From Chloroflexota bacterium (lineage in GTDB: Bacteria; Chloroflexota; Limnocylindria; Limnocylindrales; CSP1-4): DNA of 64,000 nt. Below, piece after piece: positions 43,974-53,072 of the stretch (the stretch's first letter is position 1; each line of letters opens with the position of its first letter). A program made the position numbers and the translations under genes. The stretch covers positions 3,272 through 67,271 of the forward strand of contig JBFMEV010000008.1 of the NCBI GenBank assembly GCA_040752335.1, given 5' to 3'. Below the pieces are notes generated by a model, which worked only from the letters and a program-made list of their open reading frames with translations, ran no database searches and was not told the DNA's origin.

Positions 43974-45413
43974 ATGGCCGTCGGCTCGTCCAACGACTTC
44001 GACCTCGTCGTCCTCGGCGCCGGCACGGGCGGCTACACAGCCGCGTTCCGGGCCGCCCAGCTGGGGCTCAAGGTGGCGCTCGTCGACGAGGACAAGATCG
44101 GCGGCACGTGCCTCCACCGCGGCTGCATCCCGACCAAGGCGCTCCTCGAATCGGCCGCCTTCACGGAGCGCATCCGGCATGCGAAGGACTTCGGCATCGA
44201 TGCCGGCGACCCCGTCGTCGACTACGCCCGGATGGCGGCCCGCCGCGACCAGGTCGTGAAGCGGATGTGGACCGGCCTCAAGACCCTCATCGACAAGAAC
44301 AAGGTGGCCTGGATCGCCGGTCGCGGCCGCCTCGACGGGCCGACCACCGTCCGGGTCCAGATGCACGGCGAGGACGGCACGCCCGGGGCGGGCGGCGAGC
44401 GGGTCCTCAAGGGCACGGACGTGATCCTGGCCACGGGCTCTCGGGTCAAGTCGCTTCCCGGCCTCGAGCCCGACGGCGTGCGGATCGTGACCTCGGACGA
44501 GGTGCTCGCCGCTGACTCCCTGCCGAAGGACGTCATCGTCGTGGGCGCTGGCGCGGTGGGCGTCGAGTTCGCCTCGATGTACCACGACCTCGGGGTCAAG
44601 GTGACGCTCCTGGAGTACCTGCCGGCCGTCGTCCCGGCCGAGGATCGTGAGGTCGGCCAGCTCATCGAGCGGAGCTTCACGCGGCGCGGCATGACCGTCA
44701 TGACCAACGCCCGCTTCGACGTCACGTCGGTGAAGGCCGGCAAGGACGGCGTGAAGCTGACGGTCGGGCCGGCGGGCAAGGAGGCCGCCGAGATCTCCGC
44801 CGAGCTCCTCCTCGTCGCCACCGGCCGCGCGCCGAACATCGAGAACGTTGGCCTCGAGACCACGAAGGCCGAGGTCGAGAGGGGCTTCGTCAAGGTCGAC
44901 GGCCGGATGCGGACCCGCGAGCCCCATCTCTACGCCATCGGCGACATCGTCGGCGGCCTGCTGCTGGCCCACACCGCGGCGCACGAGGGACTCGTGGCCG
45001 CCCACGTCATCGCCGGCGACAAGGACGTCCACCCGATCGACTACGTCCAGCAGCCGCGGGCCACGTACTGCCGGCCGGAGATCGCCTCCGTCGGGCTCAC
45101 GGAACAGCAGTGCCAGGAGCAGGGCATCCCGTACAAGGTCGGCAAGGTCCCGTTCCAGGCGATCGCCAAGGCGATCATCGGCGGCGAGTACGAGGGCTTC
45201 GCCAAGGTCATCGGCCACAAGGAGACCGACGACACGCTCGGGATCCACCTCGTGGGCCCGCACGCCACCGATCTCGTGGCCGAGGCCTCGCTCGCCTTCA
45301 CCCTCGACGCCACGCCGTGGGAGATCGGCGGCGCGACCCACGCCCACCCGACGCTCGCCGAGATCGTCGGCGAGGCGGCGATGGCCGTCGACGGCCGGTC
45401 GATCAACTTCTGA
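43974..45413 (+). CDS. lpdA: Dihydrolipoyl dehydrogenase (E3)
   Basis: VVLGAGTGGY. The redox disulfide is in GGTCLHRGCIPTK. The C-terminal HAHPTLAE segment is present. Confidence 0.93.
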   Translation: MAVGSSNDFDLVVLGAGTGGYTAAFRAAQLGLKVALVDEDKIGGTCLHRGCIPTKALLESAAFTERIRHAKDFGIDAGDPVVDYARMAARRDQVVKRMWTGLKTLIDKNKVAWIAGRGRLDGPTTVRVQMHGEDGTPGAGGERVLKGTDVILATGSRVKSLPGLEPDGVRIVTSDEVLAADSLPKDVIVVGAGAVGVEFASMYHDLGVKVTLLEYLPAVVPAEDREVGQLIERSFTRRGMTVMTNARFDVTSVKAGKDGVKLTVGPAGKEAAEISAELLLVATGRAPNIENVGLETTKAEVERGFVKVDGRMRTREPHLYAIGDIVGGLLLAHTAAHEGLVAAHVIAGDKDVHPIDYVQQPRATYCRPEIASVGLTEQQCQEQGIPYKVGKVPFQAIAKAIIGGEYEGFAKVIGHKETDDTLGIHLVGPHATDLVAEASLAFTLDATPWEIGGATHAHPTLAEIVGEAAMAVDGRSINF

Positions 45414-45436
45414 GCCGCCAGGGCGGCCGACGACCG

Positions 45437-46552
45437 ATGGCGGTGTCCCGGAAGAGCCAGTCGGACCTCGCGACGTCGGTCGGCCTGACCGATGCGGACC
45501 TCCTGGCGATGTACAGGACGGTCGCCCTCGCCCGGGCCGTCGACGAGCGGATGTGGATCCTCAACCGGGCCGGCCGGATCCCGTTCGTCATCAGCGGCCA
45601 GGGCCACGAGGGCGCCCAGGTCGGGATCGCCTGGCCGCTCGAGCGCAAGAAGGACTTCATCGCCCCGTTCTATCGCTCCATCGCGACCTGCCTCGCCTTC
45701 GGGATGACGGCCCAGGACATCCTCATGGCCCAGTACGCCAAGGCGACCGATCCCTCGTCGGGCGGCCGCCAGATGCCCGGCCACTACGGCAACGCCGAGA
45801 ACAACCTCCTGTCGCTCTCCTCGCCGGTCGCGACCCAGATGCTCCACGCGGTGGGGATCGCGCTGGCGGCCAAGATCCGCGGCTCCGGGCAGGTGGCGAT
45901 GACCTCGATGGGCGAGGGCAGCTCCAACCAGGGCGACGTCCACGAGGGCCTCAACTTCGCGGCCATCCACCGCCTGCCGTTCATCCTGGTCATCGAGAAC
46001 AACGGCTACGCGATCAGCGTTCCTGCCGCTCGCCAGCTCGCCACCCAGAACGTCGCCGACCGGGCGTCGGGCTACGGGATGCCGGGGGTCGTCGTGGACG
46101 GCTCGGACGTGCTGGCCTGCTACAAGGCGTCCCGCGAGGCCGTGGAGCGGGCTCGCCGGGGTGAGGGGCCCACGCTCATCGAGGCCAAGGTCATCCGCTT
46201 GACCGCCCATTCCTCGGACGATCAACAGACGAAGTACCGGCCCGAGCAGGAGCTCGCAGGGCTGCGCTCGCACGACGCGCTGCCGCGTTTCCGGGACCAG
46301 CTTCGCGAGGCCGGCGTGCTCGCCGACGCCGAGGAAACCCGGATCGCCGCCGAGATCAAGGCCGAGGTCGACGCCGCCACCGACCACGCGGAGGCCGAGC
46401 CGGACCCCGATCCACGGACGGCGATGCGCTGGGTCTTCGCCGAGGAGTGGCCGTCCGAGACACCACCGGCCTGGGGCCTCGGCGAGGCCCACACCGCCGC
46501 CGACCACGCCGCCGAGGAGCCGCACTCGGCCGCCGAGGGGGCGAAGGACTGA
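45437..46552 (+). CDS. 2-oxoacid dehydrogenase E1 alpha subunit (TPP-dependent; PDH/BCKDH type)
   Basis: …YRTVALARAVDERM…GQGHEGAQVG… The TPP-binding region is MGEGSSNQGDVHEGLNFAA. Confidence 0.88.
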   Translation: MAVSRKSQSDLATSVGLTDADLLAMYRTVALARAVDERMWILNRAGRIPFVISGQGHEGAQVGIAWPLERKKDFIAPFYRSIATCLAFGMTAQDILMAQYAKATDPSSGGRQMPGHYGNAENNLLSLSSPVATQMLHAVGIALAAKIRGSGQVAMTSMGEGSSNQGDVHEGLNFAAIHRLPFILVIENNGYAISVPAARQLATQNVADRASGYGMPGVVVDGSDVLACYKASREAVERARRGEGPTLIEAKVIRLTAHSSDDQQTKYRPEQELAGLRSHDALPRFRDQLREAGVLADAEETRIAAEIKAEVDAATDHAEAEPDPDPRTAMRWVFAEEWPSETPPAWGLGEAHTAADHAAEEPHSAAEGAKD

Positions 46553-47535
46553 TGGCCACGAAGACCTTCATCGAGGCCATCCGCGAGACGCTGGCCGAGG
46601 AGATGCGGCGGGACGAGTCGGTCATCGTCCTGGGCGAGGACGTGGGCAAGAAGGGTGGCGTGTTTCTTGCCACCGACGGCCTGTGGGCCGAGTTCGGCGA
46701 CGACCGCGTCATCGACACGCCGCTGACGGAATCGATGATCGTGGGGACCTCGATCGGGGCAGCCGTCAACGGCCTCCGGCCGGTTGCCGAGATCCAGTTC
46801 GCCGACTTCATCTTCCCGGCCTTCAACCAGATCCTGTCCGAGGCGGCCCGGATGCGGTACCGCTCCAACAACGGCTTCGGCGTGCCGATGACGATCCGGG
46901 CCCCCTACGGCGGCGGCGTCCACGGCGCGCTCTACCACAGCCAGTCCGTGGAGGCGTTCTTCACCCACATTCCGGGATTGAAGGTGGTCATCCCCTCGAC
47001 GCCCTACGACGCGAAGGGCCTCCTGCGGTCCGCCATCCGCGACGACGACCCGGTCCTCTTCTTCGAGCACAAGAAGATGTACCGGTCCGTTCGCGGGGAC
47101 GTGCCCGACACCGATTACGTCGTGCCGCTGGGGCGGGCCGCGATCACCCATCCCGGGACCCAGATCACCGTGGTTGCCTACGGCCTGATGGCCCACTACG
47201 CCCTGGAGGCGGCCGATGTGGTCGCCGACGAGGGGATCAGCGTCGAGGTCGTCGACCTCCGGACCCTCCGGCCCATCGACAAGGACACCCTCCTGACGTC
47301 GGTCCGCAAGACCGGCAAGTGCCTCGTCGTCTACGAGGACAACCGGTTCGGCGGCTATGGGGCCGAGGTCGCCGCGATCGTGGCCGAGGAGGCGTTCGAC
47401 TACCTCGACGGGCCGGTGACGCGGATCGCGGGCCCGGATGTGCCCGGGGTGCCCTACAACCACGTCCTCGAAGACTGGTTCATGGTCAACCCAGAGAAGC
47501 TCGCCGACGGCATCCGCAGGCTGGCGGCGTACTGA
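46552..47535 (+). CDS. 2-oxoacid dehydrogenase E1 beta subunit
   Basis: …VIVLGEDVG…GGVF…DTPLTE…IQFADFIFPAFNQI… The ATG overlaps the E1-alpha stop (TGATG). Confidence 0.9.
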   Translation: MATKTFIEAIRETLAEEMRRDESVIVLGEDVGKKGGVFLATDGLWAEFGDDRVIDTPLTESMIVGTSIGAAVNGLRPVAEIQFADFIFPAFNQILSEAARMRYRSNNGFGVPMTIRAPYGGGVHGALYHSQSVEAFFTHIPGLKVVIPSTPYDAKGLLRSAIRDDDPVLFFEHKKMYRSVRGDVPDTDYVVPLGRAAITHPGTQITVVAYGLMAHYALEAADVVADEGISVEVVDLRTLRPIDKDTLLTSVRKTGKCLVVYEDNRFGGYGAEVAAIVAEEAFDYLDGPVTRIAGPDVPGVPYNHVLEDWFMVNPEKLADGIRRLAAY

Positions 47536-47545
47536 GGTTCGCGCG

Positions 47546-47887
47546 GTGGGGGACCTGGTGGCGGTGGAGGCACGGCTCCGGGCAATCCTTGAGCCCTACA
47601 ACGATCCCCTCGAAGAGGGCACGATCTACGGCATGGCCGTCTTGCGGCGGTCCGGCGCGAAGGCCCACGACTGGTTCGCCGGGGTCCAGCCGGCCGACGG
47701 TTACGTGAAGCTGAACTTCCTGCCGATGCACGGCCACCCCGAGCTCCTCGACGGCATCTCGCCGGCGCTCCGAAAGCGCAAGACCGGCGCAACCGTGTTC
47801 CGGTTCACCGACGTCGATGAGACACTGCTCGCCGAGCTCGAAAGTGTGATCGCCCGGGGCTTCGATGTGTACATGAGAGAGGGCTGA
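47546..47887 (+). CDS. Small alpha/beta protein, DUF1801/YdhG-like (paralog 1)
   Basis: VGDLVAVEARLRAILEPY…IYGMAVL…F… aligns with the next gene. The GTG at 47546 was chosen by alignment to the paralog's N-terminus. Confidence 0.55.
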   Translation: MGDLVAVEARLRAILEPYNDPLEEGTIYGMAVLRRSGAKAHDWFAGVQPADGYVKLNFLPMHGHPELLDGISPALRKRKTGATVFRFTDVDETLLAELESVIARGFDVYMREG

Positions 47888-47888
47888 G

Positions 47889-48272
47889 GTGGCCGACTTC
47901 CAAGCGGTCGAGGCGCGGCTGCGGCGGATCCTGGAGCCGTATAGGGGCGAGCTGACGGTGACGAAGGACGGACCCGAGGGCATGGTCCTCGAGCTGCCCG
48001 GCTATGAGGGCAAGCCGTGGGGCTACGTCGCGGGCACGAAGATCAACAGGCGTTACGTCAGCTTCCACCTCATGAGCGTCTACGCCGACCCAGAGCTCGT
48101 GGCCTCGATGTCACCGGGATTGCGCCGGCGCATGCAGGGCAAGTCGTGCTTCAACTTCACGACGATCGACGAGCCGCTCTTCGCCGAGCTCCAGGCCGTC
48201 GCGGCAAAGGGCATTGCCCGCCACCCGGCGATGGTCGAGCAGGCGCTCGCCCGCGACCGGAGGCGCCGCTGA
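47889..48272 (+). CDS. Small alpha/beta protein, DUF1801/YdhG-like (paralog 2)
   Basis: MADFQAVEARLRRILEPY…KSCFNFTTIDEPLFAELQAV… This is a tandem paralog of 47546-47887. Confidence 0.55.
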   Translation: MADFQAVEARLRRILEPYRGELTVTKDGPEGMVLELPGYEGKPWGYVAGTKINRRYVSFHLMSVYADPELVASMSPGLRRRMQGKSCFNFTTIDEPLFAELQAVAAKGIARHPAMVEQALARDRRRR

Positions 48273-48429
48273 CGAGCTCCGCCGCTACACCTCGGCCATG
48301 CCGTCCCTCGCCGGCGGAACGCTACGTCGTCACGGCTGACGCGACGCCTCTGCCCGGGTCGAGCTCAGAGCTTCGACGGTCGGCGCGATCATGGCCGAAC
48401 ACCACTCGGTCGGAGGCTCCGGTGGTCCG

Positions 48430-48933
48430 TCACCGCGCCCTGCCCGCCATTTCGGACTGTAGCAAGATCGCCGCGAGGAGCGCGCCGCCAAGCGCGACGT
48501 CGATCACGACCCCTGCAGCGATGGCGGGCCCGAAGGCGTCGCCGAGCTCCAAGCCGAGGCCCAGGAAAGGCGAGACGGTTGCGGCGACAGCGAGCCCGAT
48601 CACCGCCGCAATGCATGCGACGATGAGCCCGATCGCCAGCGCGACTCCGAGAATCTGGATGTGTTCGCCACGGGTCGCAATGGTGTCGCCCACGCCGATG
48701 ATCGCCACGACGCCGATCGCCGCGCAGAGGCCGGTGCCGACAGTCGCGGCGGGCCACAGCATGACCGCGACCCCGAACATTGAACCAAGGTCGTCGGGCA
48801 CGGTGCCGCCGACCGCCTGGATCGCCACGAGCCATAAAGTCGTCGGGATCGTCCCGGCGGCGAGCGCCTTGCCTGCGATTCTCAGATGTGCTCGCACTGG
48901 CACCTCCCAACCCTGCACGGTCAATGGCGACAA
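48430..48933 (-). CDS. Hypothetical polytopic membrane protein, antisense to the surrounding operon
   Basis: 4-5 hydrophobic Gly/Ala/Ile/Val-rich helices. The overlapping + frame (read-through from 48017) translates to Ser/Pro/Thr/Ala-rich shadow sequence. TTG start, uncertain. Confidence 0.45.
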   Translation of the reverse strand: MSPLTVQGWEVPVRAHLRIAGKALAAGTIPTTLWLVAIQAVGGTVPDDLGSMFGVAVMLWPAATVGTGLCAAIGVVAIIGVGDTIATRGEHIQILGVALAIGLIVACIAAVIGLAVAATVSPFLGLGLELGDAFGPAIAAGVVIDVALGGALLAAILLQSEMAGRAR

Positions 48934-49186
48934 GACGCTCGAAGCGACGAGACGTTACCGACTGGCCACGCGCGGAGTCGCAGCTCCGTCGCCGATCGCG
49001 GTCAACTCTGCCCGGGGTGCCTCATCGGCGGCCAGCTACCCGAAGCGGGTGACGGCGACTGCGCGATACATCGTCGGCGATGAGCGGGGGTGCGAACATG
49101 CCTTCGAGCGGCGCGAGATCCCGTGATCCGCGAGATTGTCGCAAACTTGCCTGCATGTGTGACACCTCGACCGGAGGAACCTGATC

Positions 49187-50650
49187 GTGGCCAAGGTGAC
49201 GATGCCCCAGCTCGGCGAGAGCGTGGCCGAGGGGACGATCGGCAAGTGGCTCAAGCAGCCCGGCGACCATGTCGACAAGTACGAGCCGCTCCTCGAGGTC
49301 ATCACCGACAAGGTCAACGCCGAGGTCCCGTCGCCGTTCGAGGGCACGCTCACCAAGATCCTGGTCGAGGAGGGAGCGACCGTCCCGAACAACGCCGAGA
49401 TCGCGGTCATCGAGGAGGCCGGCGCGGGGAGCGGGACATCTGCCGCCGTCGCTTCCGTTCCTCCGAGAGCCGCCGCACCGGGAGCCCCCACTGAGGCCGC
49501 GCCGAAGCCGGCTCCGGCGGAGCCTCGTGAACCGGCCCCGGCGCCGACCACACCCGCGCCGACTCCACCCACCCCGGCCCCGGCCCACGGCCCTGCCGGT
49601 TCCGACGAGCGCGCTCTCCACGAGCTACCTGGTAACGCCGACGCGCGGATGACCCCAGCCGTGCGCCGTCTCCTCCGCGAGCACGGCCTGACCGCAGCCC
49701 AGATCGTGGGCACCGGCGGCGGCGGCCGGATCACCCGCGAGGACGTGACCGACTACGTCGAGTCGCAGCGGACGGGCAAGCCGGTGGGCCGGCAGGATGC
49801 CACCGGGGCCGCCACTGGCGCAGCGGCCGTGACCGCCCCCGCGGCACCCGGCGCCGCACCCGGAGTCGCCGCCGCCCCGCGAACGGCGCCTGCCGCCCCC
49901 GCATCAGCGACGACCGCGGCGGGCATCGTCTTCCCTGCCGGCGCGGACGAGGTCCTCGTCCCGATGACCCAGATGCGGAAGGGCATCGCCGCCCAGATGA
50001 CGCGGGCCCTTCAGGTTCCGCACGCCTACGTCCAGATGGAGGTCGACGTCACCAACCTGGTCCGCTTCCGGGACCGGAACAAGAAGGACTTCCAGGCCCG
50101 CGAGGGCGTCTCTCTCAGCTTCGTGCCCTTCGTCGTGAAGGCCTCGGCCGAGGCCCTCAGGCGCAACCCGACCTTCAACGCCCACTGGACCGAGAACGGC
50201 CTGCTGGCCAAGCGCCGCGTGAACATCGGCATCGCCGTGGCCCTCGCCGACGGGCTCATCGTCCCGGTGATCCGCGACGTCGACGGCCTCTCGATCGCCG
50301 GCATCAACCGGGCGATCGCCGAGGTCTCCGACCGCGCGCGAGCGAACAAGCTCCGGATCGATGACTTCGGCGGCGGGACGTTCACCGTCGACAACACCGG
50401 CTGGCTCGGCACGAACCTGGTCATGCCGATCATCAACGTCCCCGAGGTCGGGATCGTGACCATGGACCGGATCACGAAGCGAGCGGTCGTCGTCGAGACG
50501 CCCGACGGTGACGTCATCGCCGTGCGCTCGATCATGAACATGGTCCTCGGCGTCGACCATCGGGCCAACGACGGCGCCGGCGGCGCCGCGCTCCTCCGCG
50601 ACATCAAGGCCTGGCTGGAGGGCGTGGGTCCCGACACGGCGATCTACTAG
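49187..50650 (+). CDS. Dihydrolipoamide acyltransferase (E2)
   Basis: The lipoyl domain is …LLEVITDKVNAEVPSP… There are Ala/Pro linkers. The subunit-binding domain is …TPAVRRLLREHGL… The catalytic motif is DHRANDGA. GGAGGA lies upstream of the GTG start. Confidence 0.92.
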   Translation: MAKVTMPQLGESVAEGTIGKWLKQPGDHVDKYEPLLEVITDKVNAEVPSPFEGTLTKILVEEGATVPNNAEIAVIEEAGAGSGTSAAVASVPPRAAAPGAPTEAAPKPAPAEPREPAPAPTTPAPTPPTPAPAHGPAGSDERALHELPGNADARMTPAVRRLLREHGLTAAQIVGTGGGGRITREDVTDYVESQRTGKPVGRQDATGAATGAAAVTAPAAPGAAPGVAAAPRTAPAAPASATTAAGIVFPAGADEVLVPMTQMRKGIAAQMTRALQVPHAYVQMEVDVTNLVRFRDRNKKDFQAREGVSLSFVPFVVKASAEALRRNPTFNAHWTENGLLAKRRVNIGIAVALADGLIVPVIRDVDGLSIAGINRAIAEVSDRARANKLRIDDFGGGTFTVDNTGWLGTNLVMPIINVPEVGIVTMDRITKRAVVVETPDGDVIAVRSIMNMVLGVDHRANDGAGGAALLRDIKAWLEGVGPDTAIY

Positions 50651-50680
50651 GCGCCGTCTCGCGGTCGAGATCGGCGTCCC

Positions 50681-51676
50681 GTGACCGAGCCCCGGAAGCC
50701 GAGGCGGTCCAGCCGCATCGCCGTCACCGGCGCCGCCGGCTTCGTGGGCCGGTACGTCGTCCGGCGGCTCCACGAGCGCGGCGACCAGGCCGTCGCGATC
50801 GTCCGCGAAAAGGGACGCGCGACCTCGATCACCGACCTCGTGGCGGAGGGCCTCGATCTCATCGAGGACGACCTCTCCGAACCCGCGCGCCTGGCCGAGC
50901 ACCTCCGCGACGCCGACGGCGTGGTCCACGCGGCCGGGCGGTACGCGGTCGGCATCCGCCCCGACGAGCGCGACGCGATGTGGGACGCCAACGTCGGGGC
51001 CACGACCGCGGTCCTGGATGCCGCCGAGGCATCCGGCGTTCCGCGGATCGTGTACGTCTCGACCTGCGGCGTCTTCGGCGACACCCGCGGCGAGATCGTC
51101 GACGAGTCGTACCGGCGCGACCTCCGCGACGGCTTCGTGTCGTGGTACGACGAGACGAAGTACGACGCACACGAGGTCGCCGAGCTACGGATCCGGGCGG
51201 GGGCGCCGATCGTCATCGTCCTGCCGAGCCAGGTCTACGGGCGGGGCGATCACTCGGATGTCGGCCACGTGCTCCGCCGCGCTGCGGCGGGTCGTCTTCG
51301 CTCCGCCGCCCTCGACGACGTCGGCCTCGGCTTCGTCCACGTCGAGGACCTGGCGACGGGCATCGTCGCGGCCCTCGACCTCGGCCGGGTCGGCGAGGCC
51401 TACGTCCTCAGCGGCCCGACGGCTCGCCTGCGCGAGGCGATCGAGGTCGCGGCCGCCGTCGGCGGCCACTTGCCGCCGCGACTCCGGATCCCGACCGGCC
51501 TCCTCCGTGCTCTCGCGCCGATCGGCGGGCTCATCGGCCGGCCCGGCCTGCGCGAGATCGTCAGCGCCGGGGCCGGTGTCACGTACTGGGCGTCGGCCGC
51601 AAGGGCCCACCGTGAGCTCGGCTTCAGCCCGCGGGGTCTCGAGCAGGGCTTCCGCGACACGTTCACGGGGGCCTGA
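50681..51676 (+). CDS. NAD-dependent epimerase/dehydratase-family (extended SDR) protein
   Basis: VTGAAGFVGRYVV is the Rossmann GxxGxxG motif. …YDETKYDAH… is the YxxxK motif. Confidence 0.82.
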   Translation: MTEPRKPRRSSRIAVTGAAGFVGRYVVRRLHERGDQAVAIVREKGRATSITDLVAEGLDLIEDDLSEPARLAEHLRDADGVVHAAGRYAVGIRPDERDAMWDANVGATTAVLDAAEASGVPRIVYVSTCGVFGDTRGEIVDESYRRDLRDGFVSWYDETKYDAHEVAELRIRAGAPIVIVLPSQVYGRGDHSDVGHVLRRAAAGRLRSAALDDVGLGFVHVEDLATGIVAALDLGRVGEAYVLSGPTARLREAIEVAAAVGGHLPPRLRIPTGLLRALAPIGGLIGRPGLREIVSAGAGVTYWASAARAHRELGFSPRGLEQGFRDTFTGA

Positions 51677-51692
51677 CTACACTCGACGCGAG

Positions 51693-52760
51693 ATGACCGC
51701 TCGCGAGCTCCCGATGTTCCAGCCCCAGGGGACGGGGCACGTTCACGGCCCGCACGACCCGATCTCGATCGCGATGGGCGGCGGCGGGCTGGCGGCGGTC
51801 CCGGGACTCATGGCCGCGGATGGCACGGCACCGCGCCGCCATCCCGACTGGATCAAGGCCCGGATGCCCGCCGGCGAGACGTACCACGACCTCAAGCGCC
51901 GGCTGCGGGGCCTCAACCTCAACACGGTCTGCGAGGAGGCCCATTGCCCCAACATCGGGGAGTGCTGGGATCAGCGGACCGCCACGATCATGATCCTGGG
52001 CGACACCTGCACCCGGGCCTGCGGTTTCTGCAACATCAAGACCGGCCGGCCCACCTGGTTCGACGACGACGAGCCGCGCCGGGTCGCCGAGGCCCTCGAC
52101 GGCCTCGGCCTGGACCACGTGGTCGTGACCTCGGTCGCCCGCGACGACCTGCCCGACGGCGGCGCCCACGTCTTCGCCGAGACGATCCGTGCGATCCGCG
52201 GGCGGATCCCGGGCATGGGCGTCGAGGTCCTCATCCCCGACTTCAACGGCGCCGAGGCGCCGCTGCGCGAGGTCATGGCCGCCGGGCCGGACATCCTCAA
52301 CCACAACCTCGAGACCGTCCGGCGGCTCCAGAAGCCGGTCCGCAAGCGGGCCCGCTGGGATCGGACGCTCGGTGTCCTGGAGCGGGCCAAGGCGTATGCC
52401 GCCGAGTACGGCCGAGAGGCCCACACGAAGAGCTCGCTGATGGTCGGCCTGGGCGAGACCCGCGCGGAGATGACCGAGGCCTTCGAGGCCCTCCGCGAGG
52501 TCGACGTCGACATCCTCACGATCGGGCAGTACCTCCGCCCCTCGGAGCGGCACCTCCCTGTCGAGCGCTACTACCACCCCGACGAGTTCGCCGAGATGAA
52601 GGCCGAGGCCCTCGCCCTCGGCTTCCGACACGTCGAGTCCGGGCCGCTCGTTCGCTCCAGCTACCACGCTCGGGACCAGGTGCCGGGCGCCGAGCTGCGT
52701 GCCCTCCGCCGCCGCGCGACGCTCGACGCCGACGGCCGGGTGGTCCCGCTCGCGGGCTGA
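51693..52760 (+). CDS. lipA: Lipoyl synthase
   Basis: CEEAHCPNIGEC is the auxiliary cluster. CTRACGFC is the radical SAM cluster. …SSLMVGLGET…SSYHA… is also present. Confidence 0.93.
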   Translation: MTARELPMFQPQGTGHVHGPHDPISIAMGGGGLAAVPGLMAADGTAPRRHPDWIKARMPAGETYHDLKRRLRGLNLNTVCEEAHCPNIGECWDQRTATIMILGDTCTRACGFCNIKTGRPTWFDDDEPRRVAEALDGLGLDHVVVTSVARDDLPDGGAHVFAETIRAIRGRIPGMGVEVLIPDFNGAEAPLREVMAAGPDILNHNLETVRRLQKPVRKRARWDRTLGVLERAKAYAAEYGREAHTKSSLMVGLGETRAEMTEAFEALREVDVDILTIGQYLRPSERHLPVERYYHPDEFAEMKAEALALGFRHVESGPLVRSSYHARDQVPGAELRALRRRATLDADGRVVPLAG

Positions 52761-53072
52761 CGCCCGCCGCCGCGCCGCGCGGCTACGCCCCAGCGCGAGG
52801 CGCAGCTCGTCGGCAAAGCCGCGGTTGCAGGCGCCCTCGCTCGCGCCCTTCGCGATCACGACCGTCACGACGCTCTGGTGCGCGCCGACCGGCACGGATC
52901 CGCCTGCCGCCCGGTAAGCAAGGCCGGTGCCGCCCCCGCGGGTCGCCGACCGTGACGGGTCCGGTCTCAGACAACCCGAGGACGTGCGCCCCCTGCTACA
53001 AGGTGACTCCCACGACAGGGTTGCCCTCCTGAGTCCGGCCGCATAGCTCGCAACCCAGGCATGCGAAAGCGA

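Noticed and set aside
48017-49126. A 369-aa plus-strand ORF that extends in another frame across the second DUF1801-like gene and the following 850 bp.
   Set aside because: The translation is Ser/Pro/Thr/Ala-rich shadow sequence. The alternative minus-strand frame gives a coherent multi-TM protein, and the DUF1801-like paralog frame ends at 48272.
52761-53072. A 312-bp gap after lipA. A minus-strand fragment reads …PVGAHQSVVTVVIAKGASEGACNRGFADELRL…, which might be a decayed gene remnant.
   Set aside because: It is only about 40 plausible residues, with no recognisable motif, no start/RBS context and no stop-delimited ORF of its own. I cannot support it as a pseudogene without a database search.
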